Origin: Spirochaetia bacterium
GTDB lineage: Bacteria > Spirochaetota > Spirochaetia > Sphaerochaetales > Sphaerochaetaceae
Direction of reading: 5' to 3'
Length of the DNA: 56,173 bases
Assembly: GCA_009929055.1 (NCBI GenBank)
Contig: SABI01000001.1
Span: forward strand, 1-56,173
In this document: piece after piece, positions 1 through 9,524 of the stretch
How positions within the stretch are numbered: the first letter of the stretch is position 1
How the letters are laid out: each line of letters starts with the position of its first letter
Notes under the pieces: model-generated
Databases searched by the model: none
What the model was told of the DNA's origin: nothing
Seen by the model: the letters and a program-made list of their open reading frames with translations, nothing else
Made by a program: the position numbers and the translations under genes

Positions 1-138
1 AATGAAGCAGTCCCAATAAGTTCAAGAAATGAAGGAATGATGGTAAAAGCAAGTGCTATGATGGACAGTTCTCCACAGGTGCCTTTCTCAGATATTACCA
101 TTCGCTCTTCTGTTCAAGTTACTTTTGTCCTTGAATAA
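1..138 (+). CDS. C-terminal 45 codons of an unidentified CDS cut by the window edge
   Basis: Frame 1 is open from nt 1 to TAA at 136-138 (...SDITIRSSVQVTFVLE*). There is no start in the window and the product is not recognisable. Confidence 0.3.
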   Translation, partial: NEAVPISSRNEGMMVKASAMMDSSPQVPFSDITIRSSVQVTFVLE

Positions 139-178
139 TGGGTGATATAAGGATTTTCTACTCCTTTATGTCACTTGG

Positions 179-643
179 TTAGAGGGGGGGAGAATAGACC
201 ATGGTAACATGGTTAATTCCCCCTTCTACTGTTTTCTCTTCTGTGAAAACAAAGGAGAGAGTGGTGTAAAACTGAGTTGCACTTTCTTGAGCATGAAGAT
301 AGATTTTTGCTTGATGCTCTTCTTCTCTTAAATGATTGATTGCATTGTTGACAAGTATCTTTCCAACACCAAGTCCCCTAAAGCTTTTAAGGACAGCAAT
401 CCTCTCTAATTTAATCCCTTCATCAGTTCTTCTCATTCTCATGGTTGCAATAGGAACACCCTCTTTTTCAATAAGAAGGTGGCTACTCATAGTATCTAGT
501 CCATCTTGTTCAATTTCAAAAGGAACCGATTGTTCTTCTATAAAGACCTCTCTTCGGATGGCGATACATTTAACTAACAATTCTTTTTGATTTTGAGATT
601 TTGTCCCATAAGAACCAATATATAAACATTCCATACACATCAC
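179..643 (-). CDS. GNAT-family N-acetyltransferase
   Basis: 154-aa ORF with acetyl-CoA motif A (LKSFRGLGVGKILV) and typical GNAT size. It overlaps the stop of the upstream alpha-galactosidase gene by 4 nt, so the two are co-transcribed. Which Met (1, 2 or 4) is the start is uncertain. Confidence 0.75.
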   Translation of the reverse strand: MMCMECLYIGSYGTKSQNQKELLVKCIAIRREVFIEEQSVPFEIEQDGLDTMSSHLLIEKEGVPIATMRMRRTDEGIKLERIAVLKSFRGLGVGKILVNNAINHLREEEHQAKIYLHAQESATQFYTTLSFVFTEEKTVEGGINHVTMVYSPPL

Positions 644-2991
644 TTCATTGCTTGGATATAGTAGAGTCTTGAACCAAAATCTCCTAGTACCCTAGTCTCT
701 TTATCATAGCCAGTGCCGCCAAATTGTTGATTAAGACTTATTCCTCTATAGGCTAAGATATCACCTTCGACAATATAATATTCAATTTCACTATCGAGTT
801 GGATTTGACTCTGTACTACTTTTTCAAGATTTCCTCCACTTTTGATGTGAACAGGAGAGACCATGTTGATAAGAGAGCCAAACATAGAGAGTTCTATATG
901 TTGGCTTCTTGGACTTACTCTATAGGTGAGAGATGTATCCGCTATGGGGATTCTTAAGATATCACTCTCTCCATTTGCATCTTGAAGTACTTGGAAATAG
1001 AGTACTAACATTTCAGTTCTGTCGTAATTAGAAACAGCCCAAAGAACTCTATTCGTTTGATCATATATTGATTCAAGTTTAAAGAATTCCCCAAATTGAA
1101 AGAGAGTTCTATATTGCTTATAGAATGTAATGTGTTCAATAATTTCTTCTTTTTCTTTTTTTGAGAGACTTAGAAGGTCTAATTCGTATCCTAATACCCC
1201 AAAAGAGGCAACATTAAAGCGAGTATCGAGGGAGGTCTTTCGTAAAGTTTGATGGTTAGGAATTGTGCTCACATGGTTTGATATCGCACTTAGAGGATAC
1301 CCACAGGCTGTCCCTTCTTGAATAAAGATTCTTGTGTAAGCATCTGTATTATCACTTGTCCACGTTTGACTCATGTAAGAGAGCATTCCCAGGTCAAATC
1401 TATTTCCACCACTAGCACATGACTCGAATAAGATATGGGGGAAGGCTTTTACACATCGCTCAAGGAGTTCATAGAGGCCAAGAACATAGCGATGGCTAAA
1501 TTCTCCTTGATAAAATCTCTCTTGGTTACTATAAAGGTCACTAAAGGTTCTATTCATATCCCACTTTACATAATCTACTTCAGCAATCTTCCATGTTTTA
1601 CTCAACATATCAAAAAGGTAATCTCTCACATCTTTACGAGTAAGGTCTAAAAGGTATTGATTTCTTGCAATTGAGGGGTTTCTTCCAGGAATCTGTACAA
1701 GATAGTCGGGATGTGTTTCATATAGGGTACTTTTTTTACTAATCATCTCTGGTTCAACCCAGAGGCCAAACATAAGTCCAAGGCTATGAAGTTTTTTTGA
1801 TAAAGAGGTGAGTCCATTTGGGAATTTTTTTGTATTTACCATCCAGTCTCCAAGACTTGTGGTATCATCTTCTCTCACCCCAAACCAGCCATCATCTACA
1901 ACAAATAGTTCTATTCCTAAAGAAGAAGCCTCTTTTGCTAGAGAAACAAGGGTTGTTTCATCATAATTGAAATAGGTTGCTTCCCAGTTGTTAAAAGCAA
2001 TAGGCCGTTGATGGTATTGCCACTTACCTCGAACAATATGGTTGTTTATAAATCGGTGGAAATGATTACTTATCCCATTTGTCCCTTCATGAGAGAAAGT
2101 CATAATTGCTTCAGGGGTGTGAAACTTTTCCCCTGCTTTTAACTTCCATCTGAATGTTGATGGATTGATTCCACTTAAAATTCTTATCTTATTAAATTGA
2201 TTAAGTTCTACAATTTCACTATGGTCTCCACTATAGATGAGGTTAAAACCATAGCACTCTCCTTGCATTTCATCACTTTTAGAGTCACTTATCATAATAA
2301 AAGGGTTATGTTTAGAAGAACTTACTCCACTTTTACTATCATTGATATGAACCCCTGGTGTTATCCTTCTTTTGTGTTGGAATCTCTCCCTCGCCCAAGC
2401 GCCATCAAATGTGGTGAGATCTTGATTCTTTTTATTAAGATCGAGGTGAAGAGACATGAACCTTTCTATTGTAACATTCTTAGTAGAATTATTTATTAAA
2501 GCAGCTTTCCTCACTATAACATCTGTTGCATCAAACGTGGTGTAAGAATGTTCCACTTTAAGGAGAGTTGTTGGATCAACTGTTACTACGATGAGGGTCA
2601 TTGCAGTACCTTCATCTGAGTAAGACTCAGGTAATCCACTAAAAGAGCGAGGTTTTCCTTTAATTATTCGATGTTCAGCATAGAGAAAATCACCACAGAT
2701 AGAACCTTCTTCGTCTCTCACTATAATAGATGGTTCTCTATAATCCCCTTTACCACTACTCGAATACTCTAGGGCTATATTGTCGAGAGTGTAGGTAGGA
2801 TGCTCTTCACTATAGGAGACCATGTTCCCTTTTGCTATTGAGTGTTTGTCGTACATGACGGAAAGGTTTTCGCTTAGCCCAATATTCCTTCCATAATAGA
2901 GATGTTCAAGGTGATTTGTCTCATCTACACGAAAAATATATGTGGTGTTTGCTGTGTTAAGGGTAAAAGTGAGTTTATTTTCATAAATCAT
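640..2991 (-). CDS. alpha-galactosidase, glycoside hydrolase family 36 (melibiase/raffinose hydrolase type)
   Basis: 783-aa ORF with GH36 catalytic-region motifs VDYVKWDMNR and FESCASGGNRFD. Length is typical of AgaA/RafA enzymes. Confidence 0.9.
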   Translation of the reverse strand: MIYENKLTFTLNTANTTYIFRVDETNHLEHLYYGRNIGLSENLSVMYDKHSIAKGNMVSYSEEHPTYTLDNIALEYSSSGKGDYREPSIIVRDEEGSICGDFLYAEHRIIKGKPRSFSGLPESYSDEGTAMTLIVVTVDPTTLLKVEHSYTTFDATDVIVRKAALINNSTKNVTIERFMSLHLDLNKKNQDLTTFDGAWARERFQHKRRITPGVHINDSKSGVSSSKHNPFIMISDSKSDEMQGECYGFNLIYSGDHSEIVELNQFNKIRILSGINPSTFRWKLKAGEKFHTPEAIMTFSHEGTNGISNHFHRFINNHIVRGKWQYHQRPIAFNNWEATYFNYDETTLVSLAKEASSLGIELFVVDDGWFGVREDDTTSLGDWMVNTKKFPNGLTSLSKKLHSLGLMFGLWVEPEMISKKSTLYETHPDYLVQIPGRNPSIARNQYLLDLTRKDVRDYLFDMLSKTWKIAEVDYVKWDMNRTFSDLYSNQERFYQGEFSHRYVLGLYELLERCVKAFPHILFESCASGGNRFDLGMLSYMSQTWTSDNTDAYTRIFIQEGTACGYPLSAISNHVSTIPNHQTLRKTSLDTRFNVASFGVLGYELDLLSLSKKEKEEIIEHITFYKQYRTLFQFGEFFKLESIYDQTNRVLWAVSNYDRTEMLVLYFQVLQDANGESDILRIPIADTSLTYRVSPRSQHIELSMFGSLINMVSPVHIKSGGNLEKVVQSQIQLDSEIEYYIVEGDILAYRGISLNQQFGGTGYDKETRVLGDFGSRLYYIQAMK

Positions 2992-3137
2992 GAGCCTCTC
3001 CTTGCATTCTCTTCATTGTTGTAACGTAACTATCATGGTACAATAATGGTTACATACAGTATAGCCTGCTTAATAGTATTTTTCATCTACCTAGTTGTAA
3101 AAAGCAGAGTGGTCGTAAATTTGGGAGAATTACTTAA

Positions 3138-4379
3138 ATGGATGTAAAACGGTTGCAACTGTGGAAAGATCGACATGCTACGATGCTTTCTAATGATCTT
3201 ATCAAAACAATTATTGAAGATGGTGGAGGGATGGTAAGAGAGTTGAGCAATACGAATAAGTATGGAGGAAGGGTAAATGCACACCCTCTTTTCTACTTTC
3301 TAGGAAAGGGGTCCTCTGTTGCTGAAGATGCAAACCATGACCTATACAATAATGCAAACCTCCTTTACACATTAGGAGGAAATTTCTTTTGTTTTCCAAA
3401 TTTTGGGCCTCCTCACTCCTATAATAATACTAACCTACCTCCCCATGGCTTTACTGCTAATGGGCTGTGGAATGTCGTTAAATATGGTACCGATGGAGAA
3501 ACTGGTGCTACTTGGCTCCTTAGTACCCTTATCGGTGTTGGAGACTACCCTTATATTGCCAATAAAATTGAGATGCTTCTTCCTAATCATCCAGTCTTAT
3601 ATAGTAGCGTGACAATTGAGAACCCTTCAGATAACCCAATTATTGCAAATGCTGCATGGCACAATACTACCGGCTCTCCATTTTTAGAGTCAGGATGTAT
3701 TATTAACTTAGCGGCTAAAGAGTTTGTTACAGTCGAGAAAGGGTCTGAGTTTGACTCTACTGGCCGCCTAGCAATGGGGGCAACATTTGATGATCTCACC
3801 AAAGCTCCCCTAAGAAGTGGAGGTACTTGTGATATAGAACAAGTTCCTGGAATGATTGGCTTTACCGATTTAATAAGTGGCAAAATTCCATCTGAAAATA
3901 AACTTGGATGGGCAAGTGTAATTAACCCTGCCCAGCAAATGGTCTATTTCACATTCTTTCCAGGGCCTAGTGCTGTTGAAGAAGATGAAATTCCTCTTAC
4001 CTTTAATAATCTATGGATGCAGTATGGTGGGAGGAAATTTACCCCTTGGGCACTATATGAAGGGGGGACAGACCACACCTTCTGTTTAGGAGTTGAAAAC
4101 TCAATTGGGTATTATGCCTCTGGATTAGCTGAGTCTGTAAAACAAGGAAATTTATTAGGTTCACCCACAACTGTTACTATAAAACCCCATTCACGTAGAG
4201 TGCAACGGTATGCCACAGCTTTTACCGATTATGAGCAAGTTAAAATGGGCTCTGGTATTCAATCAGTAGAACAGGTAGTTGAAGGAATTGTCCTTAAAAG
4301 GGGAAAGTATTGGGCCTTTATTGAAAGCGATTCGACGTTCCATTTCTTGAAGGAACTAGAGAAGAAGGTATTAAATTAA
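3138..4379 (+). CDS. uncharacterised 413-aa cytoplasmic protein, possibly with a galactose-mutarotase-like (DUF4432/aldose-epimerase-like) fold
   Basis: Long uninterrupted ORF with no signal peptide, divergently placed from the GH36 gene. The stretch GGNFFCFPNFGPP...LPPHGFTANGLW resembles mutarotase-like sugar-binding proteins, from memory only. The CDS is confident; the function is weak. Confidence 0.45.
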   Translation: MDVKRLQLWKDRHATMLSNDLIKTIIEDGGGMVRELSNTNKYGGRVNAHPLFYFLGKGSSVAEDANHDLYNNANLLYTLGGNFFCFPNFGPPHSYNNTNLPPHGFTANGLWNVVKYGTDGETGATWLLSTLIGVGDYPYIANKIEMLLPNHPVLYSSVTIENPSDNPIIANAAWHNTTGSPFLESGCIINLAAKEFVTVEKGSEFDSTGRLAMGATFDDLTKAPLRSGGTCDIEQVPGMIGFTDLISGKIPSENKLGWASVINPAQQMVYFTFFPGPSAVEEDEIPLTFNNLWMQYGGRKFTPWALYEGGTDHTFCLGVENSIGYYASGLAESVKQGNLLGSPTTVTIKPHSRRVQRYATAFTDYEQVKMGSGIQSVEQVVEGIVLKRGKYWAFIESDSTFHFLKELEKKVLN

Positions 4380-4388
4380 TAGATAGAG

Positions 4389-5702
4389 TTAAAGTGGGGA
4401 AGTAGCTTCTATGAGGTTAGTTCCCTTATTTTTTACAGAGAAGTTTGGGATAGTCTGAGTAAAGAGAACTTTTCCTCCTTGGTCCTTAAAAAAGATAGTA
4501 GCTTTATATTCTCCAGCAGTGAGGTTTATTCCCCCTACCCATGCAAGTGACGGGAGGAAGTGAGAGGATCTTACATCAGCTTGTTCAGAGACAAAATTAG
4601 TAAGTTTTAAAAGAGCACTTAAGATCATCTCACCAACTGACGCTTCATTGTCTTCATAGATAACATTATCGTAGATTTCTACCCCAATAGCCTTAAAAGT
4701 TGCCCTCATCACAGCTTTGAATTTGGTGAGCTCTTCTGTTGCTTTGAACGTTTCCATTGCAATATTACTTATACTCTCTATTTTTTCTAATGGAATTTCT
4801 TTCCCTCCATCAATAGAGACGCTCACATATTTTACAGGGGAGGGTCTTGCTATCATTACTGGATAGGCAATTTTTGCATAATATCCACTATAGATATATA
4901 AGAGTTCAATTTCTTCCACCTTTTGGGGAGCTAATCCATTAAACGCAACTATGTTGAGACGTGCTTTCCCACTAGGGATTGGTTTTGCCTCTTCTTGTAA
5001 TGAAGATGGGGGGGCAAATGGATAAAGGGATTGTTGAGTAGCAAATGAGCGATTTACTTGATCGAGTGCATAAGTAAAGAGGTTATCTTCTTCTAAACCT
5101 CGAGCAACAACCATTGTGAGATATGAAGCTAAAGCAGATGAAGAGAAAGAGGAGGAGTATGTAGCCGTTCTAATATTACTGACTCCTTTAGAAGTTGCCC
5201 CTTTTATAATCTTTTCTATCTGTTTTTCATATTTCTGTTTAAGGAGAGATTGTTTTTCAATTGAACGGTTTAATTCTACGAGGGCAGAATCTTCCTCTCC
5301 TAATTGAAGATAGTTGAGGGCTTTAAATACGTTAATGTAGATATCTTCAAAATCTTCTCCCTTATAGGCTACAGTGTTGTCATTTACTATATAGGAGGCA
5401 ATATTTGCACTTATGCTTGATGTATAAGCCTCTTTGATTGCCCTTTCTGAAGATGATAGGAGGGTGTTAGAGAGGGTATATTCATTATCGAGTCGAAGAA
5501 GAAGCCCTGCGTCTAAGTTTAATATAATAGGGCCTTGTTTTTTTAGAATTGCCTCTTTTTTATCGAGTAGCTTAAGATAGGCTTTTTCGTAATTTCCCTG
5601 TTGGTAGCTATACTGACTCTCTGAGATATCAACGAGGGAGGAACATCCCAAAATGAGGGTTAATAATAGTACAATGGGTAATAGTAGCAATTTTCTCATC
5701 AT
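4389..5702 (-). CDS. 437-aa lipoprotein of unknown function with a TPR-like N-terminal region
   Basis: Signal peptide plus lipobox MMRKLLLLPIVLLLTLILG-C-SS. The helical repeat-like N-terminus contains YQQGNYEKAYLKLL. It is divergent from the lipoprotein operon at 5909-9508. Confidence 0.8.
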   Translation of the reverse strand: MMRKLLLLPIVLLLTLILGCSSLVDISESQYSYQQGNYEKAYLKLLDKKEAILKKQGPIILNLDAGLLLRLDNEYTLSNTLLSSSERAIKEAYTSSISANIASYIVNDNTVAYKGEDFEDIYINVFKALNYLQLGEEDSALVELNRSIEKQSLLKQKYEKQIEKIIKGATSKGVSNIRTATYSSSFSSSALASYLTMVVARGLEEDNLFTYALDQVNRSFATQQSLYPFAPPSSLQEEAKPIPSGKARLNIVAFNGLAPQKVEEIELLYIYSGYYAKIAYPVMIARPSPVKYVSVSIDGGKEIPLEKIESISNIAMETFKATEELTKFKAVMRATFKAIGVEIYDNVIYEDNEASVGEMILSALLKLTNFVSEQADVRSSHFLPSLAWVGGINLTAGEYKATIFFKDQGGKVLFTQTIPNFSVKNKGTNLIEATSPL

Positions 5703-5908
5703 GGTGTTTGACTCTTATTTATAAACTTATGCAATGACTGATTACACAAGGAGATTGTACCATTGTTAAAAAGCCCATGCAACAGAGAATGTAAGGAACT
5801 GTTTATGAATAAAGTGTAAAAATGTTACATTCTGGCAATTTTGGTGTTTAATATGCAATGCATCTAGAGTAGAATATATACTATAATTCTCATTAACGGA
5901 GTATTCAT

Positions 5909-6517
5909 ATGAAAAAAAAATTATTGTCCTCATTTCTTTTATTTGCACTTCTCATCCTTTTGGTCTCTTGTCAGTCGAGTATCTCTGTAGATAGACTCGC
6001 TTCTGATAAAGATATCGACCTAAGTGGTGATTGGAATGATACAGATATTAGAATAGCTGCATCTTCATTAGTGGAAGATAGTCTCCGTTCTCCTTGGATT
6101 GATCAGTTTAGAATGCGAAAGATGAAAAACCCTGTTGTTATAGTGGGTACTTTCTTAAATAGAAGTAGTGAACATATTGATACCTCGATCATCGCAAAGC
6201 GCTATGAAATAGAGCTCATTAATTCTGGAAAGGTTGATATGGTTGCAGATGTCGCTTTTAGAGCTACTGTTCGTGATGAAAGAGAAGGACAGCAGTACTT
6301 CGCTAGTGAATCAACTGCAAAAGCGTTAGGTAAAGAAATAGGGGCAGACTTCCTTCTACAAGGATCGGTGAGGACGAATTTAGACCAAGTGAGTGGGAAG
6401 TCGGTTCGCACTTACTATATTACTGCTGAACTAATTGATATCGAAACAAACAAAAAAGTATGGGTTGGAGAAGAAACCATTAAAAAAATGGTTAAGCAAA
6501 GTAAATATAAGTTTTAA
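5909..6517 (+). CDS. LpoB/FlgO-like (TolB-N-like fold) lipoprotein
   Basis: GGAG RBS lies 8 nt upstream. Lipobox is LLILLVS-C-QS. At 202 aa, the pattern NPVVIVGTFLNRSSEHIDTSII...FLLQGSV matches my recollection of the YcfM/LpoB-type lipoprotein family. Confidence 0.6.
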   Translation: MKKKLLSSFLLFALLILLVSCQSSISVDRLASDKDIDLSGDWNDTDIRIAASSLVEDSLRSPWIDQFRMRKMKNPVVIVGTFLNRSSEHIDTSIIAKRYEIELINSGKVDMVADVAFRATVRDEREGQQYFASESTAKALGKEIGADFLLQGSVRTNLDQVSGKSVRTYYITAELIDIETNKKVWVGEETIKKMVKQSKYKF

Positions 6518-6534
6518 ATGAAGGGCTTTTACCG

Positions 6535-7566
6535 ATGAAGAATACATATAAGTTTTTACTATTTCCCTTGATCTTTATAATGCTCCTCTTTTTCATCTCT
6601 TGTTCATCTCTTTCAACACCTTCTTCTCCTCCTTGGCTAAATACCCTCTACGATAAGCAATATAATGAAGATACGTATCTCAATGCCATAGGAAGTGGCT
6701 CTTCTAGAGAGAAGGCAGTAGATGCAGCTCTTAGCTCTCTCTCCCAGGTATTTAATTCTCAAGTAAGATCAATTACTACCGTTCTTTCTACCTCTACTGC
6801 AGCTGATGATGGTGTTAGTGATGTTAAGTTTACTGAAAGCTCTGAGTTAATAGATCAATCCTCTGTTACAAGTACTACTGAAAGAATTGTTGGAGCAGAG
6901 GTGGTAAACACCTACATCGATTCAAACCAAAGAGTATATGTCAGAGTTGCACTACATAGAAAAAGAAGTGCTGAGTTGTATCAAAAAGAGGTATTCAATC
7001 TCGACACTTCTATTATGAATGTGCGAAGAGAGATGCTCTCTATAAAAGATCCTCTTCGTGCCTACTTCACCCTCTCTAAAGCTGTTGGGTATGCAAAGAG
7101 GCAACAGCTTCTCTATGACCAAATAGAGGTGCTTCTTAAGAAAAGTCAGAATTCAAAACTTTTTGTAGTACAAAATGAATTAAATGCAATAGCTTCTTCT
7201 GTAAAGATAGCTATTAAGGTAGAGGCTCTTGAAGGGAAAGAAGTGCTTCTGGCATCCTTTAGTCAAAACTTAATTGATTTAGGGTTTTCGATTGTAGAAC
7301 AAGAAGAAGAGTCGAGTGCTCAACTAGTTGTCAGTTATGAATCGAGTCCATTGAATATGGCAAATAGTCCTTATATGTATCAGCGCTATACAATTTCAGC
7401 GACTCTCCTTAGTGGCTCTACTACTTTATACTCGTATCAAAAGAGTGAAAGAGAAGCTGCGCTGAGTGAAGAAGAAGCACAGAAAAAAGCCTTAATTCAG
7501 GCTTCAACTGTTGCTGTAGATGAATTTTTTACCCTCTTGGAACAAACTCTTGGGGATATTAAGTAA
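6535..7566 (+). CDS. lipoprotein with an N-terminal LPP20/FlgP-like domain
   Basis: Lipobox LLFFIS-C-SS. LPP20-type signature PPWLNTLY...YLNAIGSGSSREKAVDAALSSLSQVFNSQV...VYVRVAL. It starts 17 nt after the preceding gene. Confidence 0.65.
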   Translation: MKNTYKFLLFPLIFIMLLFFISCSSLSTPSSPPWLNTLYDKQYNEDTYLNAIGSGSSREKAVDAALSSLSQVFNSQVRSITTVLSTSTAADDGVSDVKFTESSELIDQSSVTSTTERIVGAEVVNTYIDSNQRVYVRVALHRKRSAELYQKEVFNLDTSIMNVRREMLSIKDPLRAYFTLSKAVGYAKRQQLLYDQIEVLLKKSQNSKLFVVQNELNAIASSVKIAIKVEALEGKEVLLASFSQNLIDLGFSIVEQEEESSAQLVVSYESSPLNMANSPYMYQRYTISATLLSGSTTLYSYQKSEREAALSEEEAQKKALIQASTVAVDEFFTLLEQTLGDIK

Positions 7567-7593
7567 TAATTATTTTATGTTGGAGGTCTTTTC

Positions 7594-8181
7594 ATGAAAA
7601 AGATGTTGATTATCCTTGTTTCCGCCCTTCTCTTGTTCTCTATTGTTGGTTGTGCAACTACAAAGAAAGTAGAAGCCCCTAAACCTGCCAAAGTGGTAAT
7701 TCTTGGTGCTGATGGAATACCTCAACCAGATTGGGTATACAAAACAGTAAGTGCCCAAGATGCCCACTATGAATCTGGATATGGGAAAATGAGTGATAAA
7801 CAGAACTCAATTAAACGAGCTACTGTAGAAGCTAAGAACAAGATTGCTGCTTGGGTAAGTACCTCTGTGAAAGAAGTAGTAGTTACCTATGTAAACGATG
7901 CTGGCACTGGTGAGAACAGACAAGCAATGGATGCAATGGAATCAATTAGTCAACAAGTTGCTGAGGCAACCCTTTCTGGAGTTTCAACTGAAGAGATGTG
8001 GGTTGATGCTGAAGGTGGAGTGTGGGTTCTTTGTTCAATTCCACTTGCTAACATTGAGAAAAGTTTTGAACCTGCAGCTGAAGCTGTAGCCGAAGCGTTT
8101 GTTGAAAGTGACGCAGCAGCAGCTGCGAATGCGAAGATGAAAGATGCGTTTGCTAACTTACTAAAAGGTAGTAATCTTTAA
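7594..8181 (+). CDS. LPP20/FlgP-like lipoprotein (paralogue A)
   Basis: GGAGG RBS lies 7 nt upstream. Lipobox LLFSIVG-C-AT. Signature PDWVYK...YESGYGKMSDKQNSIKRATVEAKNKIAAWVSTSV...GGVWVLCSIP, followed by an Ala-rich C-terminal tail. Confidence 0.7.
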   Translation: MKKMLIILVSALLLFSIVGCATTKKVEAPKPAKVVILGADGIPQPDWVYKTVSAQDAHYESGYGKMSDKQNSIKRATVEAKNKIAAWVSTSVKEVVVTYVNDAGTGENRQAMDAMESISQQVAEATLSGVSTEEMWVDAEGGVWVLCSIPLANIEKSFEPAAEAVAEAFVESDAAAAANAKMKDAFANLLKGSNL

Positions 8182-8951
8182 TGACTAAATGGTGGCCTAT
8201 CCTCATACTCATCCTCTCTCTTATTGGGTGTTCTACTTCTGTTGGAGTCCTTGAGAGAAATGAATATGAGGGGCCTCTGTCGTTACTAGATATCACTCAG
8301 TATCCATCAAATGTGTATGTAGGCCTCTCTGGCCCCTATTCAACAAAAGAGAAAATGGTAGAGGTGGCTCTTATGAGCTGTGCTAAAGGAATCCTTTTAG
8401 AGGAGGCCTTAGCCTTAGATAGTCGCTTTGTTATGAGAGAGGATTCTGATAAAGGGCTCACTTCATTTGCTTTAAAAGAACACGCCTATTATGATGATAC
8501 CTCACTCGCTAAAGTAATAGAGGAACTCACTATCATCTCTATTACCTTTGAAAAAGATGCAGGCGCTATAGTATGTGCTGAGTATGGAAAAAAAGAGAAG
8601 AATAGTAGAGCTTTGAAAGTTACACTCGATTCATTTGGAAAACCTACTTGGTTAAAGAACTATCCTACTAAAGAGGGATATCTGTTTGGTGTGGGCAATA
8701 GTAGATCGTATTACTACCTTAATGATTCATTAGAGGCTTCTGACTTTGCTGCAGCTCAAAATATCTTAGACCTTTACAGTGAACATTTGTTTTCTACCTC
8801 TATAGAGACAAACCGTGTGGGAAGTGAGAATAGTATGGATCGTGCCGTTTATCAAGCACAACGGGGATTATTACAAGGTTTTAGGATAGTAGACCGATAT
8901 TATGATAAAGAAGAAGATACCTATTGGTCTCTTGCTTCTATAAGAGAATAA
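8181..8951 (+). CDS. lipoprotein with a C-terminal LPP20/FlgP-like domain
   Basis: The start overlaps the previous stop (TAATG at 8179-8183). Lipobox ILSLIG-C-ST. C-terminal signature PTWLKNYPTKEGYLFGVGNSRS...AAAQNILDL...YWSLASI. Confidence 0.65.
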   Translation: MTKWWPILILILSLIGCSTSVGVLERNEYEGPLSLLDITQYPSNVYVGLSGPYSTKEKMVEVALMSCAKGILLEEALALDSRFVMREDSDKGLTSFALKEHAYYDDTSLAKVIEELTIISITFEKDAGAIVCAEYGKKEKNSRALKVTLDSFGKPTWLKNYPTKEGYLFGVGNSRSYYYLNDSLEASDFAAAQNILDLYSEHLFSTSIETNRVGSENSMDRAVYQAQRGLLQGFRIVDRYYDKEEDTYWSLASIRE

Positions 8952-8962
8952 GAAGGAATGAT

Positions 8963-9508
8963 ATGAAGAAGTTATCAATTATTACAGTTATTATACTTGT
9001 GTTAGTCTCACTGATGAGCTGTGCGACTACTAAGCCAAATGCTGATGGGTCTCCATATTGGACCACATCTACCCCTAAGAGTACCCGAACTCTCCACTAT
9101 GAAGTTGGCTCTGCTAAACAATCTACTGCTCAGTTAAGCCTTTTAAGGGCTGAGTCTGCTGCAAAAGATGCTATTGGAAGATGGGCTTCTACGAATGTGG
9201 AGAGCGCTATTGTTACCTTTATTGAAGAAGCAGGAGAGACTCTAAGAAACCAGCAGAGCCTTGAAGTTTTACAGAATCTAAGTGTTCAAACAGTAAATAT
9301 TGCCCTTAAAGGGGTGAGTGTTGTAGAGCGCTATACTGCACCAGATGGAACCGTGTGGGTCCTCTCTTCATATCCTGTAAAGAACCTTAAAGATGCCTAT
9401 AAACAACAGACTCTTGCCTTAAAACAGAAGTTAGAGATGGCTGAAGAGAAGATAGAATTGATGAGTAACTTTTTAGAAAGCCAATTAGAAAAAGAAATAT
9501 CTGAATAA
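8963..9508 (+). CDS. LPP20/FlgP-like lipoprotein (paralogue B)
   Basis: I prefer ATG 8963 (GAAGGAA RBS, MKKLSIITVIILVLVSLMS-C-AT) over the ORF-track start at 8924. The protein is clearly paralogous to 7594-8181 (PYW...YEVGSAKQS...AAKDAIGRWASTNVES...DGTVWVLSSYP) and has a coiled-coil-like C-terminus. Confidence 0.7.
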   Translation: MKKLSIITVIILVLVSLMSCATTKPNADGSPYWTTSTPKSTRTLHYEVGSAKQSTAQLSLLRAESAAKDAIGRWASTNVESAIVTFIEEAGETLRNQQSLEVLQNLSVQTVNIALKGVSVVERYTAPDGTVWVLSSYPVKNLKDAYKQQTLALKQKLEMAEEKIELMSNFLESQLEKEISE

Positions 9509-9524
9509 AAAAGGGTATAAAAAA

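Noticed and set aside
5763-5819. 18-codon sORF (TTG start, MLKSPCNRECKELFMNKV*) preceded by AAGGAG (5748-5753) in the divergent lipoprotein promoter region.
   Set aside because: It is too short, uses a TTG start 9 nt from the SD, and no conservation can be assessed. This is indistinguishable from chance without ribosome profiling.
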